A DNA stretch of 64,000 bases from Macrostomum lignano (Eukaryota): assembly GCA_002269645.1 (NCBI GenBank), contig NIVC01000195.1, positions 1-64,000 on the forward strand. Direction: 5' to 3'. A program made the position numbers and the translations under genes. The notes beneath the pieces are model-generated. The model had not been told where the DNA came from and did no database searches. It saw only the letters and a list, made by a program, of their open reading frames with translations. Positions within the stretch are counted from its first letter, which is position 1. Each line of letters starts with the position of its first letter. This document shows positions 31,901 to 43,242 of the stretch, one piece after another.

Positions 31901-34900
31901 TATATGTTTATAACTAATGCACCTGCTTCTGGCCCCCCTCACTTTCATCTTACAATCCCCCTAGTGAAATAGACATGTTTTATATTGAGTGGGTATTGTA
32001 AAACAAAAGTGAGGGGGTGCAAAAGCAATTACCTACTACCATAATGAATAATTTTGTTCTCAACTATGCATCAATTGTTGATGGAGGTATACTGTTTGAT
32101 GTGGACTAGACTTCATGTTTGTAGAATGAACATGATCCAACTATGAATTTTGAACCATACTAATCCATTCAATTTTGTGATAAAATCCCTCTAATACAAT
32201 TTTACTATTGGTGTGATCATAATTCAAAACCTACAAGCCCTTTTGGTTTTGTTTTGTGATTATCTACATATAATTTTACCAGTTGAATGATCATGACAAA
32301 AGTGAATATAAGCTACAATAAAAATATGCTTAGAAGTGGTCCTATTTTGAAGTTTGATTTTAAGAGCAATGTTTGTTCTAATGCATAAAATAAATTGGGG
32401 AATATTTTTTGTAATTCTTATATTAGGGAAATTTGGGTATAAATAAGAGTAAGTTTGCTATTAAATAAACCAACTGCCTGCTTACTGCTCAACCATCTAT
32501 TTTGCAAGCAACCTAATAGCAGTTCAACTTATATATTTTAGTTTGGAAAGGTGACATATACGTAGGGATTTCCCGGCATACAACAAGGGTAGGCCTACTT
32601 GCCATTTTTCAGTGTACATCAGCATATATCCCAGCATACATGACACAGTGGAAAATTTTTGGCTTACATCTATGACATACTTGTGTGCATGCTAGGATTA
32701 AATAAAGTGACTTTTCATAAAATACGTGATATATATAATACTATCAACATGGAATACAAGGAGTAATAAAGAAATAATTTTAAACTTTGTACTCAAAAAA
32801 ATTGTTTACTTAATTTTTAGCAAATTAGCAAATAATTTCTAGAAATGTACCAGATACCTTTCTAAGAAATAGTCAGACCTATTAATAATTAGGAAATATT
32901 TATTAAGACCCACAAACCCACTGTAACAACTTTGGTGGCAGCTAAAGGATATTAAAGACAGGAGAATTAGGCCCATCACAGTTTGGTATCAGCAGTAGGG
33001 ATTTATAATGGGAAAGCCAAAACCAGTATCACAATTGTTTATTATATTAGAATAGTGGGCTACAGGTCAAAAGATCCTATACTCTTAAATCTATTCTATG
33101 GTATGCTGAAAAAAGTGATCCCCTACACTATAAATTCAAGGTTACACTAGAAAAACAAATTTACTTGTGATATACACTCAGCAACATGTTAAAGTTTCCG
33201 CCCCAAAACCAGTGGTTAACTTTCCTCAGATCTCAGCTCCAAGTGATGCAATTCACACCTTGTCCACAAGCTCAAATGGACTGATTTTGCAATCAAGTGG
33301 ATATAAAAAATAAATGAATATTAGTATATTGTCAATGATAAGATTAAGAATTAATTAGTTCATTAATTCCTTCATCATTTAACTAATGAATAATTCATCA
33401 GTTTACCACTGGCTTTGGGGTGGAAACTTTAACATGTTGCTGAGTGTATATTCCAGACATTATCAGAAAGGTGTTATGACAATAAAGGACCTTTTTTGCA
33501 TTGTAACAATAAAATACCTTTTTTGAAAATAAATATTAGCAGAAACAAATGGACATTATAGTTTTATAAAACTCTTCTTTTAAAAGAATACATTTTTAAA
33601 ATAGTTGGAATTTAGACAAGTTTATTGTTGGTAGATTTTTTATTTCTACTTTAAAAAACTAGAATTATCATTCTGGCATATCCCTACTATGATCTGAACT
33701 ATGGTATATGACCCATTTTCAGGAAAGTAAGATAATATATCTATATGCCACAGGTGCATTGTCTGTATGCTATTTATGTGTTCTGTTTTTATGGCCTTAA
33801 CCTATAAAAACTACATAAAACCTAAATTGCAACTAGATGCTAGAATCTTCAATGAATTCATTTAATACTTCATGCAAAAGTGGTTTTGGTTTAAAGTTAG
33901 ATTTTGGTTAAAATTTAAATAAGAGAATGAAAAAATATTATCACTATCACCAGCACATTATCACTTTAACTCCTATTACCTAGCGGACAATGTGCAGCTC
34001 AAAGTTCTCGTGCCATCAATCGCCGCTGGTGCTATCATTGGCAAGGGTGGCGAGGCCATCACCGCCGTTCAGACAGAGACTGGTGCCAAAGTGAAGATGT
34101 CCAAGTCCAACGACTTTTATCCAGGCAAGCTTGGGGCTGCAGATGCTAAAGAGGATTGCTCTTCATTGTGACTGCTGCCCACCATCAATCACTGTGACTG
34201 CTGCCTCCCTATCATTCACTGTGACTGCTGCCTCCCTATCATTCACTGTGACTGCTGCCTCCCTATCATTCACTGTGACTGCTGCCTCCCTATCATTCAC
34301 TGTGACTGCTGCCTCCCTATCATTCACTGTGACTGCTGCCTCCCTATCATTCACTGTAACTGCTGCCTCCCTATCATTCACTGTAACTGCTGCCTCCCTA
34401 TCATTCACTGTGACTGCTGCCCTCCCTGAGTCATTCACTGTGACTGCTGCCCTCCCTGAGTGTTTCACTGTGACCGCTGCCCTCCCTATCACTCACTGTG
34501 ACTGCTGCCCTCCCTGAGTGTTTCACTGTGCTGTTCTGGGTTTCCAAGTGGCTCTCATTCCTTCCCGCAGGCACTACGGAGCGGGTCTGCCTCATCCAGG
34601 GCAGCCTGGACTCGGTGAAGGCCGTCTGCTTCTACGTGATGGAGAAGACGCTGGAAAAGCCGGACCCGAATCCCAAGCTGGCCGGAGACGGCAAGCTGAA
34701 TGTTGAGCGGCACAAACAGGTGACAATGGCTGAACTCCGACTAATTGTTTTCTTCTTGAGTCCTTAGCGCTCACTTCATGCTCTCCCTGCATGGCGCTGC
34801 TCAGAATTCAGACTCGCCAGCCCAGCCACCCACGCCTCAGGCCGAGTTCAGTCTTAATCTGTTTATTGAGTCTCGCCTTCTCGCCCTGCCAGCTCTGACC

Positions 34901-37900
34901 GCGCAGTTGCCTTGGCCGCTGCACTTTTCGCCATATTCGGGGCTCTTATCAGCGCCGGGGGGGGGGCGGCCTGTAGGCGGGGGCGAGAAGCAGTCTGAGG
35001 CTTCCTACTCAATTGCTTGCGACCTTTACTCTTGAGTCCTTTGAGCTCCCTTCGAATACGGGCTGGGTGACACAGGGAGTCGGATTCGCTCATGCTCAGG
35101 TGGCCGCGGCTGCGAGGTCTCTTGCCCACCCCACCCCTGCCCCTCTCGCTCCTTCCAGTGACAGACCGGCTGCCCGCCCCACCCCTGCTCAACTCTCTTC
35201 CTCGTTCATTCGCTCTCGTCCATTTTAGCCAGTGTTGCACTGCCGGGGGCCTCGGGCTCAAGCCTAGAAGCTTTTTATCAAATCTTCTGTTATTCTATGC
35301 TTGCTTTTGCTGTGGACTAATTGCCTGGCTATCAAGCCTGCTAACTCGGGCCAAGTTTTGTCAGCTGCGTAATCAGCTTCTTCTAGTAGCAGAAACTGCA
35401 TGAATTACAGTAGTGCAGTTTGGCATTCTGGGCAATTGGAATCACAAATAATCATTTTTAGAAATAATGCTGTTACTGACATGTGCAGTGGACACAGTTT
35501 TCCTTCAGGATTTCAGAAATGTCAGAGTGTCAGAATGTCAGAATCAAAGCCAGGATGCCACAATCAAAGTCAGGATACCAAAATCAGAAAGTCAGGATGC
35601 CACAATCAGAAAGTCAGGATGCCCCAATCAGAAAGTCAGGAGGCCACAATCAAAGCCAGGATGCCACAATCAGAAAGTCAGGATGCCACAATCAAAGCCA
35701 GGATGCCACAATCAGAAAGTCAGGATGCCACAATCAAAGCCAGGATGCCACAATCAGAAAGTCAGTATGCCACAATCAGAAAGTCAGGATGCCACAATCA
35801 AATTTAGGATGCCACAATCAGAAAGTCAGTATGCCACAATCAGAAAGTCAGTATGCCACAATCAGAAAGTCAGTATGCCACAATCAAATTTAGGATGCCA
35901 CAATCAGAAAGTCAGGATGCCACAATCAGAAAGTCAGGATGCCACAATCAGAAAGTCAGGATGCCACAATCAGAAAGTCAGGATGCCACAATCAGAAAGT
36001 CAGGATGCCACAATCAGAAAATCAGGATGCCACAATCAAAGTCAGAATGCCACAATCAGAAAATAAGGATGCCACAATCAAAGTCAGGATGCCACAATCA
36101 GAAAGTCAGGATGCCACAATCAGAAAGTCAGGATGCCCCAATCAATGTCAGGATGCCAAAAGCAAAGTCAGGATGTCACAATCAAAGTCAGGATCCCACA
36201 ATTAGAAAGTCAGGATGTCACGATCAAAGTCAGGATGTCACAATCAAAGTCAGGATGCCACAATCAGAAAGTCAGGATGCCCCAATCAATGTCAGGATGC
36301 CAAAAGCAAAGTCAGGATGTCACAATCAAAGTCAGGATCCCACAATTAGAAAGTCAGGATGTCACGATCAAAGTCAGGATGTCACAATCAAAGTCAGGAT
36401 GTCACAATCAAAGTCAGGATGCAAAAATCAAAGTCAGGATGCCACAATCAGAGTCAGGATGCCACAATCAGAAAGTCAGGATGCCACAATCAAAGTCAGA
36501 ATGCCACAATCAGAAAGTCAGGATGCCACAATCAGAGTCAGGATGCCACAATCAGAAAGTCAGGATGCCACAATCAGAAAGTCAGGATGTCACAATCAGA
36601 AAGTCAGGATGCCACAATCAAAGCCAGGATGCCACAAACAGAAAGTCAGGATGTCAGAATCAAAGCCAGGATGCCCCAATCAGAAAGGCAGGATGTCACA
36701 ATCAGAAAGTCAGGATGTCAGAATCAAAGCCAGGATGCCACAATCAGAAAGTTGGTATGTCAGAATCAAAGCCAGGATGCCACAATCAAAGTCAGGATGC
36801 CACAATCGAAGTAAGGATGCCAAAAGCAAAGGCAGAATGCCAAAATCAAAGTCAGGATGTCACAATCAGAAAGTCAGGATGTCACAATCAGAAAGTCAGG
36901 ATGCCACAATCAAAGCCAGGATGCCAAAATCAAAGTCAGGATGTCACAATCAAAGTCAGGATGTCACAATCAAAGTCAGGATGTCACAATCAAAGTCAGG
37001 ATGTCACAATCAAAGTCAGGATGCCACAGTCAAAGTCAGGATGTACCATGGTACCACAAAGAGCTCAGACCGCAGTTCACATTTGAAAGGCATGGTTATC
37101 AGGTTGCTTCCTTGTTAGAGCAGCTCTGGCCAGTTTCCACTTATTTGCATATTAATAAACTCTTGGATTTAGTAGTGAGGGCTTGGCGCCTGTCAACCCG
37201 GATTCCGGGCGGGTGTTGGCTTTGGCAGATTAGAATTTCTGCTTTAAAATTTGCTGCTTTCAGACAGGATGCATAAAAGAGTGGGCAGCCAGTCTGCTGG
37301 CAGCTGCAGGTTTATTTTTAACAATTGTTAGAAACCGTCTGCTATTTGGCACGGTTCGCCAATCTGTGCGTGGGAGTCTGTGCGGCAAAGAGGTGATGAC
37401 GCTTGCCTTTTTTGCTTCCAACTCGCTCAGGTGAAAATCCTGGTGCCGAACAGCACGGCCGGCATGATCATCGGCAAGCAGGGCGCCTACATCAAGGAGA
37501 TCATGGACGGCACCGGCGCGTACGTGCAGATCTCGCAGAAGCCCAAGGAGCAGGCCCTCGCCGAGCGCTGCGTCACCGTGGCCGGCGAGACCCAGCAGGC
37601 CCGGGCCGCCATGAGCCTCATCCTGGAGAAGATCGCCAGCGACCCGCAGTCGGCCAGCTGCCCCAACATCAGCTACTCCAGCATGAGCGGCCCCGTGGCC
37701 AGCGCCTACCCGACTGGCAGCCCCTACGCCTTGTCCTCTGGCGCCTCCGGGACCGGCCTTGGCGCCGGCGGAGCTGCTGGGGCTGCTGGCGGCGGCCTCC
37801 GGGAGCCGCAGAGTCCGGCTGGGGCGGCCGCCGCCGCTGCAGCCGCCTGTCCGGTGTCGTTTGAAACTCTGCGCACCTCGCTGCGGCAGAGCGGCTACAC

Positions 37901-39366
37901 GGAGCCGGCAGTGGACGAGATCGTTGGCGCCATGCTGATCTTGGCGAACTACGGCTTCTTCAGCCTGCAGACCCTCGTGGCCGCCGGGCCGCAGGCTCAG
38001 CCGCAGCCGCAACCACCCGGCCCCGTCGCCCTGCTGTCGCCTTCGCCGCACTCGTCATTCAGCCTCAGCCATGGCTCGCTGGCCGCCGCTCTGGCAGCCG
38101 CCGCAGCCGCCGGTCCGCCCCCGCCGCCTCCGCCGGACACGAGCGGCGCCGACTTTGCCATGTTCGCCTCCGGCACCGCCCCTCCGCCGCTGTTCGCCGA
38201 CGCCTTCATGGCCGACGGGACGGACAAAGCGGCGATGAGCGGCCCGATGGTGAAGCGGGAGCTGGACGTGCCGGAGCCGCTGATCGGCGCCCTGATCGGG
38301 CCGGGGGGCCGCGACATCAGCCAGCTGCAGACCAGCACGCAGACCTGCATCCAGGTCTCCCGCCGGGTCTCGGGCCCGACGCCTCTGTCGCACAGCCGCC
38401 TGGTGACCATCACCGGCATGCAGGTAGGATGAGTGCCCGGCCCAGCACTTCAACCGTTTGCTGCAACCGATTTCGATAATCTCAAGGAAGGACCAACCTC
38501 TAAGGCACAGAGTGTACATGCCAGGGCCGCTGTACACCCTGTGTGAGCGTGTGTCTGCGTACAGTATTGGCGCGCTTGCATGTGCTCAGGCTGGGCAGAA
38601 CTGCATGTGCTCAGGCTGGGCAGAACTGCATGTGCTCAGGCTGGGCAGAACTGCATGTGCTCATGTGCTCAGGATGGGCAGAACTGCATGTGCTCGTGTG
38701 CTCAGGATGGGCAGAACTGCATGTGCTCATGTGCTCAGGATGGGCAGAACTGCATGTGCTCATGTGCTCAGGCTGGGCAGAACTGCATGTGCTCATGTGC
38801 TCAGGATGGGCAGAACTGCATGTGCTCATGTGCTCAGGCTGGGCAGAACTGCATGTGCTCATGTGCTCAGGCTGGGCAGAACTGCATGTGCTCAGGCTGG
38901 GCAGAACTGCATGTGCTCAGGCTGGGCAGAACTGCATGTGCTCAGGCTGGGCAGAACTGCATGTGCTCATGTGCTCAGGATGGGCAGAACTGCATGTGCT
39001 CATGTGCTCAGGCTGGGCAGAACTGCATGTGCTCAGGCTGGGCAGAACTGCATGTGCTCATGTGCTCAGGCTGGGCAGAACTGCATGTGCTCATGTGCTC
39101 AGGCTGGGCAGATCTGCATGTGCTCATGTGCTCAGGATGGGCAGAACTGCATGTGCTCATGTGCTCAGGCTGGGCAGAACTGCATGTGCTCATTGGCTCA
39201 GGATGGGCAGAACTGCATGTGCTCATGTGCTCAGGATTCGCTCGCCTCCAAATCTCTCCACCTGAAATTCGCCCACCCGCAGCCGAACGTGTTGAAGGCG
39301 GAGCGCCTCATCCAGCAGAAGATCAGCCAGGCTGACCAGCGGCGCCAGCAGCACCGGTACCAGTGA
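28933..39366 (+). CDS. NOVA: Nova/pasilla family triple-KH RNA-binding splicing regulator, 5 coding exons
   Basis: Exons 28933-28975 ([14 protein letters not shown], inferred from phase match), 33984-34124 ([32 protein letters not shown] donor), 34571-34719 ([10 protein letters not shown]), 37431-38423 ([39 protein letters not shown]), 39283-39366 (..[10 protein letters not shown]). Confidence 0.92.
29204..29899. mobile_element. 696-bp MITE with 16-bp TIRs, 8-bp TSD and subterminal GTACGACA repeats (P/hAT-type)
   Basis: ccatagtgcggaagga .. tccttccgcactatgg; TSD actatata at 29196-29203 and 29900-29907. Confidence 0.9.
31121..31558. mobile_element. 438-bp P-element-like MITE
   Basis: 29-bp TIRs catagatactagaataactagataggcca / tggcctatctagttattctagtatctgtg; 8-bp TSD agtatgac/agtgtgac (1 mismatch). 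Confidence 0.85.
31690..31800 (+). repeat. CT-rich microsatellite in Nova intron 1
   Basis: Poly-pyrimidine ttctct runs. Confidence 0.8.
31933..32018. mobile_element. Small palindromic MITE-like remnant
   Basis: cccctcactttcatcttacaat .. attgtaaaacaaaagtgagggg imperfect inverted repeat. Confidence 0.45.
33175..33446. mobile_element. 272-bp Tc1/mariner-type MITE
   Basis: ~45-bp TIRs cactcagcaacatgttaaagtttccgccccaaaaccagtgg / ccactggctttggggtggaaactttaacatgttgctgagtg flanked by TA on both sides. Confidence 0.88.
34165..34515. repeat. 27-bp intronic minisatellite (ttcactgtgactgctgcctccctatca)n
   Basis: Fills Nova intron 2. Confidence 0.95.
35520..37045. repeat. ~20-22-bp intronic minisatellite (aaagtcaggatgccacaatcag)n
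   Basis: Nova intron 3; source of the MPQSESQD-type ORFs. Confidence 0.95.
38578..39235. repeat. 25/33-bp intronic minisatellite (gtgctcaggctgggcagaactgcat[gtgctcat])n
   Basis: Nova intron 4. Confidence 0.95.
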
Positions 39367-40184
39367 GCCGCCTTAGCAACCGCAACATCCGCATAGCAAC
39401 TGTCTGCCAGCCATCTTTATTTCTATTTTGTTGGCGCAACCGAACCTTTGGCTCCCCACCAAGGGCTTTCACTGAGGCCTCCTCACCCCGTCACCCCCCA
39501 GCCTGAGGTCAAGCGGCTCCGTCTCTCGCCTGCCCGCGTCCAACTCTCAACCTAGACAATATTTTAATGCGGCCGGCACGCTCGCCGCCGCCCCAGCGCG
39601 TCCCTGTTTCTCTATTCCCCTCTTTCAGTTGCTTTGCTGCCTTCTTGTGCTTGGCAAAATAGGATTAACTACTCTCTGCGATTAATTAGCTAATTAATTC
39701 TATAATCATATTTGCTATTTTTATTGCCGCTTTAACCCATGTGTTTTTTTGCTGAAGCCTCCCGCTATTTTTGCTCTTCATTATTGAATTTGTTCTGCAC
39801 CTTTTTATTCTGCGCCCGCACAGCGCCTTTGGCGCGGCTCTTAGATTTCACAACAATAGTAAACTGTTTGGATTCATATTTTTATCTGGTTGATGCTGGT
39901 GTTCTGATTGCCATATTTTTCTCCGCGTATTTTTTTTCTAATTCACCGCCTCCACCCAGACTTTCACTCCGCCTCAGTTTGTGCCTGCAGTTTTACTCTG
40001 CTGGGCGGCCACTTTGTGATCGATGGATTGACAAGCTGCTATTTTTTCTGCGCGTGATTTCCTCTGCGTGCGCGCGGCCTTTCAATGCCCGCCATGTTCA
40101 TCTTGTTGCTTTTGTGTCCCCGCTGCTGCCCCGTGGCAATCGGGATTTCACCTTGGATACGGTTGCTAGGGGAGTGCAAGTCGA

Positions 40185-40410
40185 TGGCTTAGCTAATCTA
40201 ATTGCGGAGTACGGAGACAGTCGCTCACACAGGGTGTACAACAGCCCTGAGTTTCTTGCCGTCATGCATGTGCACTCTGTGCCTTGGAGGGGGGGTCAAG
40301 TCCCAGGCCAGATGTAGTGCACGAGCCCCGAACTAATGTGGCAACGCACAGAATCGAACCCACGACTTAGGCTACTGAGCTAGATACCCTCTCCCCACAT
40401 CGAACGGCCC
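40185..40410 (-). mobile_element. tRNA-derived SINE; partial related copies at ~38495-38570 (+) and ~16070-16115 (+)
   Basis: Minus-strand B-box-like GGGTTCGATTC (40351-40361) followed by core aaggcacagagtgcacatgc..gctgttgtacaccctgtgtgagcg shared with the other two loci. Confidence 0.55.
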
Positions 40411-41149
40411 TGGTTTGGCGGTGTGGTTAAGTTTAAAAGCAAAAAATCACCCTTAAGCGCTGATGTTTATTCAGGTTCTTGCTAATTAGATGGCGAGGCA
40501 TTGGCCTATCAAAATGCAGTCATTTTTACTCCCGCATTTTACCCCATGTTATTCCAGTGGAAGCCTCATTGTGCCCGTATCCAAGCTGAATCCGAGCCGC
40601 CATGCAAGGCAGCTCTGCCAGTAAGCTGGTGAAGATTTCTCAAGCCCCGTCCCGGACCGGATTATGTCTTAATCTATGAGGCTGGGGCTGCGTTTTGCTG
40701 TTTAGGTTAAGCTGATCTTCGTCAACTGTTTGCCTCGTCACATTTTTGTTCCCTCACGCGCGACATCTTGAGATGCCCAGCCTCCGCGTCTGCTGTGTGT
40801 TTTTCTTTAAATATTGCTATTAAAATTATTAATCCATAGTCTTACTTGCTAGAGCCGTTTAAAGAATATCTCTGCATCCTCTGTGCGGCAAATTCTCACT
40901 TAGGCGCCACCCGCAACAGATTGTTGCTGCTTGCTGTTCATTAACTAAATTAGCCCGATATCCGACAGCATATTTATAATACACGTATTGCTAAATCAGA
41001 ACGCTTCGGCCGTACACCTCACTTTCCTATTTACATAGATGCTATGGACTATTTAGCAAATAAATATTGCATACTGTGGCACGCTGGACCGGGCAGTTCA
41101 GTCTCCAGATCTGCCTCATCTCCTTTGGCATCTGAGCCTTGATGGGAAA

Positions 41150-41213
41150 GACAGACAGACACAGGCTGACAGACAGACCGGCAGGCAGATAGACAGGCAG
41201 GTAGACAGACAGG

Positions 41214-41251
<38 letters not shown>

Positions 41252-41291
41252 CAGGCTGACAGACAGACCGGCAGGCAGGTAGACAGACAGG

Positions 41292-41329
<38 letters not shown>

Positions 41330-41369
41330 CAGGCTGACAGACAGACCGGCAGGCAGATAGACAGGCAGG

Positions 41370-41403
<34 letters not shown>

Positions 41404-41556
41404 CAGGCTGACAGACAGACCGGCAGGCAGGTAGACAGGCAGGTAGACAGACAGACAGACAGACAGACACAGGCTGACAGACAGACCGGCAGGCAGGTAG
41501 ACAGGCAGGTAGACAGACAGACAGACAGACACAGGCTGATAGATAGACCAGCAGGC

Positions 41557-41597
<41 letters not shown>

Positions 41598-42080
41598 CAG
41601 GCTGACAGACAGACCGGCAGGCAGACAGACAGGCAGGTAGACAGACAGACAGACAGACAGACACAGGCTGACAGACAGACCGGCAGGCAGATAGACAGGC
41701 AGGTAGACAGACAGACAGACAGACAGACACAGGCTGATAGATAGACCAGCAGGCAGATAGACAGGCAGGTAGACAGACAGACAGACAGACAGACACAGGC
41801 TGATAGATAGACCAGCAGGCAGATAGACAGGCAGGTAGACAGACAGACACAGGCTGATAGATAGACCGGCAGGTAGACAGACAGACAGACAGACACAGGC
41901 TGATAGATAGACCAGCAGGCAGATAGACAGGCAGGTAGACAGACAGACACAGGCTGATAGATAGACCGGCAGGTAGACAGACAGACAGACAGACACAGGC
42001 TGATAGATAGACCGGCAGGCAGATAGAAAGACAGACAGGCAGGTAGACAGACAGGTAGACAGACAGATCGACAGACGGTA
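41150..42080. repeat. Compound (GACA)n-based satellite with higher-order unit
   Basis: gacagacag runs interspersed with acacaggctga and accggcaggcag. Confidence 0.95.
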
Positions 42081-43242
42081 CATGACACTAGCAAAACGGA
42101 AGACGGACACAAATAAACACAGACAGAGAGAGACGGGGACCAACTTTCTCAGAGCAGCACGCCGATGTGATCAAAGTAATTTACAACGTCGGCGAACTTT
42201 AGTTGCACTCGAAGAATTTGCTAACTGGGATTGGCCGCATTCCGGACCGGTCTGGCTGGCTGAGCAGGCCGCTGTGAGCCAGAAGAACCCAAGCAAGGCA
42301 CGTAGATTGACTTTTAAATCTCTTAGCATGCTAGCTTGTATCATTACTGTTCATTATTTTTCTATACTGCTACAGCTGATTTTAAAAAGTAGCATGATGA
42401 GAATACGCGAGAAAAGCAGTTCTTTTAATGAGCTTTTTATAGATTAAAAGAGGGATATTTCAGAGCTGATTCCATTTTTTCTGAGACTAGTAGCCACTAC
42501 TAGCCACTACTAGCCACAGGTCTGTCAATAAACTTGAATTTATTGTATCCCAACTGCGCTACTGCAAGTAGCGTGTGAAAAAAACGAGTCAGATCGCGAC
42601 AAGCAAAAATTAAAATTTTCAGAATTATCGCCATAAGTCTTCGCACTCTGCCTTAGTAAGTGTATTTATTAATATATAGTATAACACAGGCTAAAGCAAG
42701 GATAAAGAGCTGATGAATAAAGACTCAATAATGGAATTATTCGCAGACAGACAACGGCACAGATACAACACTACTAACAGTAGTAAACAGCGGAAATGAG
42801 TACACAACAATGCACACGTGACTGGAATCGTCAATTCGCAAATTTGTAACCTGCGGAATCAGCAGTGCAGATCCCAAGCTTAAATAAGGAATATGCATGG
42901 GAAGACGGCTAAAAATAAAACAAGACAAAGAGTACTTGCTGTACGATAATGCACTGGAACAACACGGCTTTGATGAGGCTACAGTAGACGCACTGAGTTC
43001 TCTGATGACAACCAACAGTTTTAACATTTGCACAGATAAAACAACAGGTAAAATAATCAGAAATTGATCCCAATAAATCACAGAGAAGTAAGGCAAGGCA
43101 TGGGGCCACAACAGCTGACTTGGGCATATGGTTTTACTAAGGAATAAGGATTTTAAGTACACTGGGAGGGTTCAAGGTACACTAGGAGGATTCAAGGTGC
43201 ACTAGGAGGATTCAAGGTCCACTAGAAGGTCAGGACAGCCAG

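Noticed and set aside
42737-43162. 141-aa hydrophobic minus-strand ORF
   Set aside because: TTG start, AT-rich, lies in the probable LMBRD2 3' UTR.
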